In this document: piece after piece, positions 49,869 through 59,760 of the stretch | Layout of the letters: the number at the start of each line of letters is the position of its first letter | How positions within the stretch are numbered: position 1 is the stretch's first letter | Origin: Abditibacterium sp. | GTDB lineage: Bacteria; Armatimonadota; Abditibacteriia; Abditibacteriales; Abditibacteriaceae | Direction of reading: 5' to 3' | Assembly (NCBI GenBank): GCA_965199495.1 | Contig: CBDASK010000003.1 | Location: 2,624,001 to 2,688,000 of the forward strand | Length of the DNA: 64,000 nucleotides | Program-made: the position numbers and the translations under genes | Notes under the pieces: model-generated | What the model was told of the DNA's origin: nothing | The model's input: the letters and a program-made list of their open reading frames with translations, nothing else | Database searches by the model: none

Positions 49869-51230
49869 CTACTCTTTGGATTTGGCGACTGTTTTGGCGA
49901 CTGTCTTTTCGTCGCCCTCTTCCGCCGTTTTGCGCCGTTTATTGCGCCGCAAACGCTTGCCGCGATGATAGGCCACGGTGCGCCGCGCGATAAAACATTC
50001 GTATTCGTCGCGCAACCGCATCACGACTTCTTGATCGGTCAGCGTCGGATGCTGCGCGATGAGGCGCGCCACAACGTCGGTTTTGCTCTGGCACAGGAAA
50101 ATCAGCTCGATTTTGCCCCATTGCGTTTCGACAAATTTCTTGCGAATCAAACGCGAAACCATCGAAGGATGCTCGCCCAGATCGCGCGCCAAAGCCGCTT
50201 GCGCCAAGGGCTTGAGTTTGCGCACATCGCCGGTTTCGAGATATTCGGTTTGCAATTCGCAAAGTTGCGTAATCAAACGCGAAAGCGCCGACAATCGTTG
50301 ATTGATATAGCGGGCGCGCATCAACAAATCGCGGGCGTCTTCGGGCGCATCTTTCTTGAGGTCTTTAATCGCGCCCGGCTTGATGCGATAACGCTGCGTG
50401 TAAACCGAATCGTGATGAAACTGAATTGACAGTTCGCCATCAACGACCTGCACGAAAGCCACCGGCTCATCGTTGGAGTTGACCGCGCGCGCGGGTTGGG
50501 CTTTACGGTCGGGCATTTGGCCCGAACCTTCGTAACCCTGCGCCAGATAAACGCGGTCGGCGGCCTCCAAAACTTCCTCGGCTTCCAATGCCGAACACTC
50601 GAAATGCTGCGCCAATGTCTCCGCCGTGGCTTCTCCGCTCAGCACCAAATCGAGAAATTCCTGTTCCGAAACATCATAACGCTCGACAAAGCGGCGCGTG
50701 GTCTCGATGATCTCGGTCAAATCCACCAGCGAAGCGCCTGACATCGTGTCGTCCATCGAAGGCCGCTCACCGCCGCCGCTATTACCGCCGCTCGACAAAA
50801 CGCCCGCCATATTGGAGGCGCCGGTTGAGGTTAAATAACGCAGAAAACGCAGCGTATCGCCGACGGGCGCGCCATACTTTTCGGCGATTTCGGGCGCGCG
50901 TTCCATCGCGTGCGGCGACAGAAAATCGCGCTCCCACTCGTCATGGTTGGTGATGCCGAAGAACTTCAAAAAGTCCATCATCTGCTCATCCATGAACGCT
51001 TCGTATTTCTCGCGCGGAATTTTGCCGCGCAACCGCACTTTGGCGATTACGCCGTCCGACATCAAGCGGTCGAAAGCCGGATGAGTTTCCAGCGAATCCA
51101 CGTAGGAACGAAACTCTTTCTCGCTCTGCGAAAGCAGCGAAACATATTCGGTCGGCGGACGGCGCATTCGCATCGCCATATCGTCGCGCATATCGCCCCG
51201 AAAAGAAGAGCGCATTGAAGCAGAAGCCAT
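49869..51230 (-). CDS. Divergent sigma-54 (RpoN)-like factor
   Basis: Q..YL.TG...LKPL...LA..LG.HPS.VSR....K...T..G HTH; TD..V...L.....IARRTVAYHR RpoN-box variant. Confidence 0.8.
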   Translation of the reverse strand: MASASMRSSFRGDMRDDMAMRMRRPPTEYVSLLSQSEKEFRSYVDSLETHPAFDRLMSDGVIAKVRLRGKIPREKYEAFMDEQMMDFLKFFGITNHDEWERDFLSPHAMERAPEIAEKYGAPVGDTLRFLRYLTSTGASNMAGVLSSGGNSGGGERPSMDDTMSGASLVDLTEIIETTRRFVERYDVSEQEFLDLVLSGEATAETLAQHFECSALEAEEVLEAADRVYLAQGYEGSGQMPDRKAQPARAVNSNDEPVAFVQVVDGELSIQFHHDSVYTQRYRIKPGAIKDLKKDAPEDARDLLMRARYINQRLSALSRLITQLCELQTEYLETGDVRKLKPLAQAALARDLGEHPSMVSRLIRKKFVETQWGKIELIFLCQSKTDVVARLIAQHPTLTDQEVVMRLRDEYECFIARRTVAYHRGKRLRRNKRRKTAEEGDEKTVAKTVAKSKE

Positions 51231-51452
51231 GATATTTTAGAAAGAAATTGAACGAGCTTTGCGCAAATTTAAGCCGTAAGGCTTCTCACTATTATAACAC
51301 ATTGGCCGAAAAAACGGCGAAGAGGTTGCGTTCTCATTTTCTTCAAAGTTAAACGCGCGATTGGCGAAGCGGTTGCCATAAGAAACGCAAGCTGCCTAAC
51401 TTTCAGTTTTTCTCTTTGCTGGGGCATTTCAAGTCGCTCTCCCTTTAGAACG

Positions 51453-51851
51453 ATGACGCAACGAACGCTCGATATTACTCTGCCAATGCAAAACATTTCC
51501 GTTTGGTTCGACAGTCTACATTTGGTCTTCAAATGTTTAATTATTTTCGCCTGTCTGCCAGCGTTATTTTTTATGATGGGAGTAGTGGTCTTTTTGCAAG
51601 AGCAGCCGGGCGAAAGTTTTTGGGGCACGGACAAACCCAAATTTTGGATCGTCGTATTTGGCACAACAATGATTGGCGCTATCGCGTCGCTGATACTTGG
51701 CGCCATCTTTGGACTTACGTTCTTACTTTTCGGATTCTTCGAGCGAATCGGTTTCGCGAGCGGTTGGAGTTGGGGTTTGGCTTTTACAACGAGTCTCATC
51801 GGCATTCTCGCGACTATTATTTATTTCATAGAAATTCGTTCTCACAAGTGA
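51453..51851 (+). CDS. Hypothetical membrane protein
   Basis: Three to four hydrophobic segments; AT-rich. Confidence 0.6.
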   Translation: MTQRTLDITLPMQNISVWFDSLHLVFKCLIIFACLPALFFMMGVVVFLQEQPGESFWGTDKPKFWIVVFGTTMIGAIASLILGAIFGLTFLLFGFFERIGFASGWSWGLAFTTSLIGILATIIYFIEIRSHK

Positions 51852-53788
51852 TTCTGTGCTTTTGAGTTCTGCGCTTCGCACCAACTCATTACTTCGACAA
51901 ACCGATAATTTTCCAGCGTGGCGAACAGTTCGTGTTTGGGCAACTTCGCGCGCGAGACGGCGGGCGAGGTTAAGCCGCACAGAAAGCGCGCCATCTGGCG
52001 CGGCGTGGCTAACGCTTGCGGATGAGAGTCGCGCAGACGCGCCAAAGTCTCGGCGTCAACGCGCGATTCCAGATTCGGCAATTCGCGCGCGGGGGGCAAA
52101 ATCGCGGCTTCTTGCGTCACGCAAAACGAGCAATGGCCGCACGGTTCGGGCCGTTTTTCGCCGAAATAGCGCACCAAAGCATTGGTCTGGCAACCTTGGT
52201 ATTCAACCAATTTCAGCACGTCGCCGACGCGTTTGATTTCGGCTTTTTCGCGCAACGCGAAGCGTTGCTGCAAGTCAGCCACGAGCGCATCGGCATCTTC
52301 TTCGTCGCGCAATCGCGTGTAACGTTGGCGCGCGTCGGCGGCGCGCACCTGGGCGACATTTTTCTGTTCCAACATTTCCATCGCGCGCACGATGCTTTCG
52401 CGCGAACAGCCCAATTTTTCCATCGCCTCGTCGGGATCGATTTTGAGCCAGATGCGGCCACGTTTGGCGGTTGCGAACAAATCGCGCAAAAATCGGCTCG
52501 CTTTTTCGCCAAACGCCGCGTAAATCGCGTTCAAACTTTCGTGGGGCCGCACTTCGTAACCGGCGTAATAAGGCGTGCCCTGCTTCAAAACGCCGCCTAA
52601 TTCCAGATAGGTTAGCGCCGTACGCATCACGAGGGAACGCAAATCGTGGCGCGTGCTCATGTCGTAATCTTTGATGGAAAATTCCGGCCCCAGCGACAAA
52701 ATCTCTTCGACAAAGCCGTGCAGACTTTCGGGCGTTGGCGTGTCGCCATAAACGAAGTTTTCTAAGGTCGGCACGTCGTCGGGACAGGCCAACATTTCGA
52801 CGACCGACGGCTCATTGTCGCGTCCGGCGCGCCCGATTTCCTGGCTGTAATTTTCCAGACCTTTGGGCAGATTAAAATGGTAGACGTAACGCACATCGGC
52901 CTTGTCAATGCCCATACCAAAGGCAATGGTCGCGACGACGATGCGCTCGCCCGCCATCCACCATTCCTGCGTCGTGCTGCGGTCAAGCGCCTCCATGCCC
53001 GCATGATAGGGCCGCGCTTCGATGCCGTTTTGATTGAGAAAATTGGAGACGGCGTGCGCGGTTTTTTGCAGCGTCACATAAATAATCGTCGCGCCCGTGC
53101 GCCGGTTTTGCAAACGTTTCAGCAAAACTTCCAGGCGCCGATTATCGGGCACCGGTGTCAGGCACAAACGCAAATTGGCGCGATAAAACCCGGTATTAAT
53201 AGCGGCGCCGTCTTCGATTTCAAAGCTCTGACAAATAGATTTCGCGACCTTGGGCGTCGCCGTGGCTGTTAAGGCCAAGATGCGCGGCACGTTCAATTCG
53301 CGCGCGAACTGCGCTAATTTTAAGTAATCGGGCCGAAAGTTATGGCCCCATTCCGAAATGCAATGAGCCTCGTCAACCGCGAATAACGACAGGTTGGCGC
53401 GCGCAATCATATCGCGAAACCGTTCGTTGTTGAAACGTTCGGGCGCCACATAAAGCAATTTGAGTTCGCCATTACGCAAGTCGTCGTTGACTTGTTTGGT
53501 CTGCTCGAAATCGAGAGTCGAATCCAAACTCGCCGCTTTAATTCCTTTGCTTCGCAAAAAGTCAATCTGATCTTTCATCAGCGCAATTAAAGGCGAAACG
53601 ACCAAAGTCGTGCCTTCGAGCGCGAGCGCGGGCAATTGGTAACACAATGATTTGCCGCCGCCCGTGGGAAAAACCGCGAGTGCCCGCCCGCTGCCATTGA
53701 TGAGTTCGTTGATGACCGCTTCCTGACCGGGCCGAAACTGCGAAAAACCGAAATTCTCTTCGAGCAGGGCGCAAAGGTCGGTGGACAT
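51842..53788 (-). CDS. recQ: RecQ family helicase
   Basis: PTGGGKSLCYQLP, VDEAHCISEWGHNFRPDY, ATIAFGMGIDK, QEIGRAGRD, Zn-binding Cys. Confidence 0.93.
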   Translation of the reverse strand: MSTDLCALLEENFGFSQFRPGQEAVINELINGSGRALAVFPTGGGKSLCYQLPALALEGTTLVVSPLIALMKDQIDFLRSKGIKAASLDSTLDFEQTKQVNDDLRNGELKLLYVAPERFNNERFRDMIARANLSLFAVDEAHCISEWGHNFRPDYLKLAQFARELNVPRILALTATATPKVAKSICQSFEIEDGAAINTGFYRANLRLCLTPVPDNRRLEVLLKRLQNRRTGATIIYVTLQKTAHAVSNFLNQNGIEARPYHAGMEALDRSTTQEWWMAGERIVVATIAFGMGIDKADVRYVYHFNLPKGLENYSQEIGRAGRDNEPSVVEMLACPDDVPTLENFVYGDTPTPESLHGFVEEILSLGPEFSIKDYDMSTRHDLRSLVMRTALTYLELGGVLKQGTPYYAGYEVRPHESLNAIYAAFGEKASRFLRDLFATAKRGRIWLKIDPDEAMEKLGCSRESIVRAMEMLEQKNVAQVRAADARQRYTRLRDEEDADALVADLQQRFALREKAEIKRVGDVLKLVEYQGCQTNALVRYFGEKRPEPCGHCSFCVTQEAAILPPARELPNLESRVDAETLARLRDSHPQALATPRQMARFLCGLTSPAVSRAKLPKHELFATLENYRFVEVMSWCEAQNSKAQNHL

Positions 53789-53871
53789 ACCGTAAAGTGT
53801 AATGGATGAACGGTGGCGCGTTGAAATTGGGGCGATTTCAACGCGTTTTTGTTATTCGAGTTTTCGCCCAC

Positions 53872-54100
53872 TGGCGTGGATTTAAGTTGGAAGCAACTCT
53901 GACTCTGACTCACACCCCCACTGCCTTCGGCATCTCCCCCTCCGAGAGGGGAAGAATGCCTCAGACGTTTCGGATCTTTCTTAGTCAATACGAAGCAGCA
54001 AAGGTAACAGAGGCATTCTTCCCCTCTCGGAGGGGGAGATGCCGAAGGCAGTGGGGGTGTGAGTCAGAGTCAGAGTTGCTTCCAACTTAAATCCACGCCA
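53872..54100. repeat. REPIN-like palindrome, family A core with extended outer arms
   Basis: 91-bp perfect inverted arms (53872-53962 / 54010-54100). Confidence 0.92.
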
Positions 54101-54145
54101 TTTTTAGGCGCAAGCCCCGCTACAAGCGATGCGCACAAATCAAAC

Positions 54146-55612
54146 TTACTCCGTCGCTTTTTCCTTAACACCCGCATCCGCCCGCTTATCGAAATAATCC
54201 GCCACGCGATAAATCCGCTCGTTGGTCTCTTTCACTACATCGAGCATCGGCGTATAAGGCTGATAATTCACGTCCAAAATGCCTTTGTTCGAGTCGGTAT
54301 GACTCGCGTCGCCCGGATTGGCCGGATCGTTATCCATATATTTGAACCAGTGCCAGCCCACGCAATTGCGGTTTTCCAGCAGACCAATGGCGAACTGCTC
54401 GTAGAACAAACCTCGGTCGTGCTGCGTGCGCACCGTCCAACCGGCCCCCGACGTGTTGGTCATGCCGGTGTCTGCGCCCTTGGTATAGAACTCCGAAACC
54501 AAAAACGGTTTGTCAGCGCTGCCCGCCCAATTGTTCATGCGCTCCTGCCGTGGCTCCCAGTTGCCGTAATAATTGATGCTGACGACATCGAGATATTTAC
54601 CCGCCGCCGCCATCAACTGTGGCTGATCCATTACGTTGGAATGGAAGCGCGTGCCCAAATACATATGGTTCGGATCGTATTTTTTGATCGCCTTCGAGAC
54701 AATCGAAAAATAACGGTCGGCGACGAAAGCCAGAAATTCGTCGCGGTCGGCATCGCTGATGTCTGTGGTCTTGGCTGTGGCGCCGTGCTTTTGGTGCAGC
54801 CACGCCGTCGCGGCTTGGTGGCCCGGATCGGTCGGTTCGAGCGACAAATAATCGTCAATCGCGCTTTTGTAGAGCGGCAATTCGTTATCGGAAAAATATC
54901 CGAGAAGATACGGATCGTTCTTCGCCTGTGCGAGTTGTTTGGCCTGCTCGTCGCAATACGTCATGAAATCTGGATCGAAAGCCAGAATGGCGTCGGCGGG
55001 ATACGTCGTTTTGCGGCCTTTCACTTTGCTACGCAATGGGCGGCTGTTTTTGTAGCTGCCCATCAAATTCAAGCGTGGCGCGAACGGCAAGCGGTCGGGC
55101 GCTTTCATTAAAGTGTCATCGTCCGACCAACAGCCAGTGCTGTTAAATCCGGCCTCGCGCAATAATTGCGCGGTTTGCTCGGCCCAATTTTGTGGCTCGC
55201 CACCAAACTTGGTCGCGAACGCCGTTTTCGATGTCGCCGAATCGGATGGCGTGACGGTGTTAACGCCACGATTGATGAAGCCATTGCCATCGGGGTCTAC
55301 CATCCACCAACGGCCATCGGCGGCTTTTTGCGCGTGGAAAAACCCGGTTTTGGTCATTATCTGCGATTTCAATCCACCATATTTGTCCAAATTGGTATCA
55401 ACGGGCGCGGCATCGAAGCCGGGCAAATCGGCGAGCAAACGCACGGTTTCAAAGCGCCATTTGGTCGAACGCCACGGCACGGTTTCGACGGTTTGCAACG
55501 GCTTGGCGGGCGCATCGGCAACAGCAGCCACGGCGACGGGCACGGCCTGTTGAGCAATGCAAGCCGTGGCGATAATTGGGAGTAGGGCGGGGATGAGAAA
55601 CAATGGTTTCAT
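54146..55612 (-). CDS. Secreted clan GH-A glycoside hydrolase (GH50/agarase-like)
   Basis: GRWWMVDPDG, GFNS.G.WS, LGYFSDNEL, P.LVSEF, VGWHWF. Confidence 0.75.
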   Translation of the reverse strand: MKPLFLIPALLPIIATACIAQQAVPVAVAAVADAPAKPLQTVETVPWRSTKWRFETVRLLADLPGFDAAPVDTNLDKYGGLKSQIMTKTGFFHAQKAADGRWWMVDPDGNGFINRGVNTVTPSDSATSKTAFATKFGGEPQNWAEQTAQLLREAGFNSTGCWSDDDTLMKAPDRLPFAPRLNLMGSYKNSRPLRSKVKGRKTTYPADAILAFDPDFMTYCDEQAKQLAQAKNDPYLLGYFSDNELPLYKSAIDDYLSLEPTDPGHQAATAWLHQKHGATAKTTDISDADRDEFLAFVADRYFSIVSKAIKKYDPNHMYLGTRFHSNVMDQPQLMAAAGKYLDVVSINYYGNWEPRQERMNNWAGSADKPFLVSEFYTKGADTGMTNTSGAGWTVRTQHDRGLFYEQFAIGLLENRNCVGWHWFKYMDNDPANPGDASHTDSNKGILDVNYQPYTPMLDVVKETNERIYRVADYFDKRADAGVKEKATE

Positions 55613-55631
55613 TGGGTTTTGATTTGTGGGG

Positions 55632-55813
55632 GATGCGTATATTTTCCCTCACCCTAACCCTCTCCCGGAGGGAGAAGGAACACCTTTTCGGAAGATAGAA
55701 TTTCGTTCAACTTGCTTATGAAGTCAGTTCATCACAACTAAAACTCGCTCGAAAGTAGTTCCTTCTCCCTCCGGGAGAGGGTTAGGGTGAGGGTGAGGGA
55801 AAATATACGCATC
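55632..55813. repeat. REP-like palindrome, family B (CCCTCACCCTAACCCTCTCCC)
   Basis: 50-bp arm 55632-55681 inverted at 55758-55813, with one extra GGGTGA unit. Confidence 0.9.
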
Positions 55814-55822
55814 GAAAAACAA

Positions 55823-58282
55823 TTATTGTGTCGCGGGCGCAAGCGTCGGCTCGCCCTGAAGATAACCCAATTTGGCCAGAAACTCGTCGGTCAAACGCAA
55901 CGCGCGGTTGGCGTCTTTCTTGGCCGGGCGATAGGCGAAGCCGTGTCCGACGCCGCGAAACGTGACGAGTTCGACCGCGTTGCCCGCGTCTTTCATCGCT
56001 TGCTCGAACGCGACGGCGTTGGCGTAAGGCACGGTTTTATCGGCGGTGCCGTGAAACACAATCGTGGGCGGATCGCCGGGTTTTACGTTTTGTAAGGGCG
56101 AGATAGATTGCCATTTCGGCCCGACGCGCTCGTTGCCATAACCAGACGGTGACAGGTCAATCACCGGATTATAGAGAATTAAAGCATCGGGCCTTGATGA
56201 GACTTTCGCGTTCTCGGTTGGCTCGTCGAAACTGGGGATAATCGCCGCCGTGGCTGCAATGTGGCCGCCCGCCGAACTGCCCGCCGCCGCGATGCGATTC
56301 GGGTCTATCCCCAAAGTCGCCGCGTTTTCGCGCACCCAGCGAATCGCCGATTTCGCGTCGGTCACGGCCTCGAATGGCGTCGTTTTCGCGCTGTTTTTGG
56401 TGCGATAACTCGGCACAAACGCTTCCATGCCGCGCGAGGCCAGATAAGTTGCGTGCGCGAAAAACAAATCGGGCGAGCCGCTGCTCCAGCCGCCGCCGTA
56501 AAACAAGACAATCGCCGGAGTTTTGTCGCCCACTTTGTGCCCGCTCGGCTCAAAAACGTTCATTTCTAAATCCATCGGCTGGCCAGCCGCGTCCACGGTT
56601 TTTTTATAAACCACGGTGCGCGTCGGTTTGCCGTCCTGCGCGGCGTCTCCCGCGTCGGGCGCGTCCAAAGCGGCGTCCGTAACTGCGGTTTTTGCTTCGC
56701 CAACGCCGGGCGTATCGGGAACGTTATTGTCAATCATCGTTGGATTTGAGGCGAGTGGCGCATCGTCAGTGCGAAAGGGCGCGGCGGGCAAATCCGCGCT
56801 ATTAACCAAATTGCCAATCGGATTGCTCGCCCAATCGTAACGCGCCTGCGTCGGTGCAGCCACGGCGGGGCTGGACAGAATTATATCGTCGCCATCAACG
56901 TGGGCGTTGGCCCACGAAAACTCATCGTCGGCGCCCGCGATGGCGAAACCTTTCAAATCGCCGCCTTTGGCTTTCATGCCCGCCGCGTGCGTGAAGTTCA
57001 GACGTAACGCGCCGCCCTCAACTTTCATATTTTGATATTGCGGCCCGGAATACTCGATTTTTTCGCTATATTGCTGGTTCAGCGCGACTAATGCCAGACG
57101 GCGCCCGACTTCTTGTTTGTTGGAATAATGAATCTCTTTGGCCTCGCCCAAATCAATAGCCACGGCGCGCCCAGTCTTGGGCAACGCCAGCGCTTTGTCC
57201 TGCGCCGCGCGGATGTCCTGCCAACCGTCGGCTTCAACCGGCTGCGTTTGCTGCGTCCGAAAATTCGCCAGTTGCACGTAATAAAACGGCAAATCATCGC
57301 CAAAATCGCGGCGCCAGCCTTGAATCAGCGCGGGGAACAATTTGCCATAAAGTGCCGCATCGTGGTCGGATTCGCCCTGATACCAAATCACGCCGCGCAC
57401 CGCGAATGGAGTAAGGGGTGCGATCATGCCGTTGTAAAGTCCCGATGGCCTCTGTTTAGTGCCCGGCCCGGCGGGCGCGTAGGGTTTTTGTGGCTCGGTT
57501 TTCCCCGCTTTTTTGGCGGCGTCCGCGCGCTCCTGCCAGCGCGCAAGTTGCTCGTCGTATTTTTTCGTCGCTTCGGGATAACCATCCAAAGTTTTTTGCC
57601 ACTCTTGGTTGATCAATTGCAAGTCGGCATCAGTCGCCAAAGTCTGCGCGGGCGTCCACGATTGCGCGGGCGTGCCGCCATACGACGCGTGAATAATTCC
57701 AATCGGCACATTCAATTTGTTATACAAATCGCGCGCGAAATAATAGCCGACGGCGCTAAATTGGTCAACGGTCGCGGGAACGGCTTCGACCCAATCGCCT
57801 TTGAGTTGCGTTTGCGGCGTTTGGGCTATATTGCGCGCCACGCGAAACTGGCGGATGAGCGGATAATGCGCGTCGGCGATTTCTTGGTCAGCGTTAAGCG
57901 TGCGTGGCACGCGCAGTTCCATATTCGACTGCCCCGACGCGACCCAGACTTCGCCAACCGCGACATCTTGGATCGTGAGTTTATTTTTCCCCTGAACCGT
58001 CATTTGCAAACCCGAAGCGGCTTCGAGCGCGGGCAATTTCACGCTCCATTTGCCATCGGGGCCAGTCGTGGCGCTCCCTGTGGCTGCACCCAGCGTAACG
58101 GTGACTTTTTCGCCCGCATCGGCCATTCCCCAGACCGGAATCGCCATTTGACGTTGCACGATCAATCCATCGCTCCACAACGCCGACAGCTTTACATCGG
58201 CGCGCGCTGGGATTGTGACGGCGAGCGCGCACGAAGCGAGCATGGCGGTTGACAAGACAATGCGATTATGAAGAGATTTCAT
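55823..58282 (-). CDS. Sialate O-acetylesterase (SGNH) fused to an alpha/beta-hydrolase esterase
   Basis: GEVW..SGQSNM, WYQGES; C-terminal GGGW, GSSAGG, HGTAD, GHGF. Confidence 0.88.
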   Translation of the reverse strand: MKSLHNRIVLSTAMLASCALAVTIPARADVKLSALWSDGLIVQRQMAIPVWGMADAGEKVTVTLGAATGSATTGPDGKWSVKLPALEAASGLQMTVQGKNKLTIQDVAVGEVWVASGQSNMELRVPRTLNADQEIADAHYPLIRQFRVARNIAQTPQTQLKGDWVEAVPATVDQFSAVGYYFARDLYNKLNVPIGIIHASYGGTPAQSWTPAQTLATDADLQLINQEWQKTLDGYPEATKKYDEQLARWQERADAAKKAGKTEPQKPYAPAGPGTKQRPSGLYNGMIAPLTPFAVRGVIWYQGESDHDAALYGKLFPALIQGWRRDFGDDLPFYYVQLANFRTQQTQPVEADGWQDIRAAQDKALALPKTGRAVAIDLGEAKEIHYSNKQEVGRRLALVALNQQYSEKIEYSGPQYQNMKVEGGALRLNFTHAAGMKAKGGDLKGFAIAGADDEFSWANAHVDGDDIILSSPAVAAPTQARYDWASNPIGNLVNSADLPAAPFRTDDAPLASNPTMIDNNVPDTPGVGEAKTAVTDAALDAPDAGDAAQDGKPTRTVVYKKTVDAAGQPMDLEMNVFEPSGHKVGDKTPAIVLFYGGGWSSGSPDLFFAHATYLASRGMEAFVPSYRTKNSAKTTPFEAVTDAKSAIRWVRENAATLGIDPNRIAAAGSSAGGHIAATAAIIPSFDEPTENAKVSSRPDALILYNPVIDLSPSGYGNERVGPKWQSISPLQNVKPGDPPTIVFHGTADKTVPYANAVAFEQAMKDAGNAVELVTFRGVGHGFAYRPAKKDANRALRLTDEFLAKLGYLQGEPTLAPATQ

Positions 58283-58466
58283 GGGAAGGTTAGAAATGAG
58301 ACCAACATTCGTGTTGCTTGATTTGTAGTTAGCGAGCGACTGTGCCCAACGCGATTTTTTGCATTTACAACTTAAAAGGAGGGCGCAGCAAACATGAGAA
58401 TGTTTTGCGAAACGCGGAGAAGCGACCCTATTCGCAGCTCATTCAACCAGCGCCAGAGCGCTTTAT

Positions 58467-58503
58467 TATACCGGTATAGCAGCGAGTTTTTAATTATACC
58501 CGG
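58467..58503 (-). promoter_or_regulatory. TATAAT promoter plus LacI-type operator upstream of the esterase gene
   Basis: Minus strand CCGGGTATAATT followed by perfect palindrome TATACCGGTATA (58467-58478). Confidence 0.7.
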
Positions 58504-58553
58504 CTTGGAAGGATTTCAAACATTTACTGGAAAAAAGCGAAATTTGGGGCAAT

Positions 58554-59630
58554 TTATTGAATCGAGGTCGCCGCCGTGGCTGGTGTTGCGCTGCTCTGGC
58601 GCGCGATAAGTTGGCCGCACGCGGTGAAATTACGCGGCGCTCCATCGTATTCTCCGCTCAGGCGGCTGAGCAAAAATTGAGAGGCTCGTTCGGCAATAAT
58701 TCCCGACGGATGCGAGACGGTCGAGAGCGGGACGCGCGCGAATTGGCTCATGGAGTGGTCGTCGTGGCCGACGACGCTGACATCATCGGGACAACGCAAA
58801 CCGGCGCGATCCAGTTCGTTGATAAACACCATCGCGGCGTAATCGTTGACGATGCACAGCGCCGTGGGCCGGTCGCGCAGCGCCAAATACTGCGCGGCCA
58901 AAATGCGTCCGCCCTCAGCGTAATCGCGCGCACTGCGCGCTTCGAGCAGCCACGCCGGATTCAACGTCGCGCTCGCTTCTTCGATGGCGCGGCGAAATCC
59001 AACGACGCGCGGCCCGTCGGTGCGCACGAAACCGTGATCGGCGTAACCCAAATCGCGATGGCCCAAATCGGTCAAATGCTTGGCGGCCTGATAGGTATTG
59101 TTCACGCGGTCGAATAATACGGTGTCGCACTCCAAATCGGTGGGGTAATCGTAGGAAACCAGAATGCCGCCCTCGTCTTGATAGCGCCGCAGTTCGAGCA
59201 AGGCTTTGGGCTGCAAACCGCTGGTGAAGCAGATCAATCCGCGCGGCCTCTGGCGCCGAATCGAAGCGATGGCGCCCGCCTGCACGTCCTCGTTATAATG
59301 GTCGTGCAAACCAATTCCGTAAATCGGCACATCGAATCCGTTTCGGTTGAGCGCGCTTTGAATCAATTGGATTTTTTGGGTGCCCACGCCAAAATCGAAC
59401 CATAAACTAAATAATCCAATCGTGTTATTCGAGCGCCCGTTGGACAGGTTTTGCGCGTGTGGATTGGGTTCGTAACCTAACTGCGCCGCCGCTTCCATCA
59501 CGAGTTTGCGCGTCTTGTCCGAAACGCGTCCCGTGTTATTGAGCGCAAACGAAACCGTCATTTTGCTCACGCCCGCCGCACGAGCTACGTCGGACATCGT
59601 CGTTTGGCCATTTTTTCGTGTTGTTTCCAT
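58554..59630 (-). CDS. LacI family transcriptional regulator
   Basis: TMSDVARAAGVSKMTVS HTH, LGYEPN..A..L, P.DVSVVG.DD. Confidence 0.95.
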   Translation of the reverse strand: METTRKNGQTTMSDVARAAGVSKMTVSFALNNTGRVSDKTRKLVMEAAAQLGYEPNPHAQNLSNGRSNNTIGLFSLWFDFGVGTQKIQLIQSALNRNGFDVPIYGIGLHDHYNEDVQAGAIASIRRQRPRGLICFTSGLQPKALLELRRYQDEGGILVSYDYPTDLECDTVLFDRVNNTYQAAKHLTDLGHRDLGYADHGFVRTDGPRVVGFRRAIEEASATLNPAWLLEARSARDYAEGGRILAAQYLALRDRPTALCIVNDYAAMVFINELDRAGLRCPDDVSVVGHDDHSMSQFARVPLSTVSHPSGIIAERASQFLLSRLSGEYDGAPRNFTACGQLIARQSSATPATAATSIQ

Positions 59631-59661
59631 AACGCCAATTATCTCTAAATTTTCAACTTGG

Positions 59662-59700
59662 TTTACCGGTATATCTAATTTCTTTCTCAATTATACCCGG
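59662..59700 (-). promoter_or_regulatory. TATAAT promoter plus operator upstream of lacI (autoregulation)
   Basis: Minus strand CCGGGTATAATT then TATACCGGTAAA; same layout as 58467-58503. Confidence 0.7.
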
Positions 59701-59760
59701 ATTAAGTAGATTTTAAACATTGATGTAAAATCACTGCTTCGGTTCACTCGTGCCTAACGT

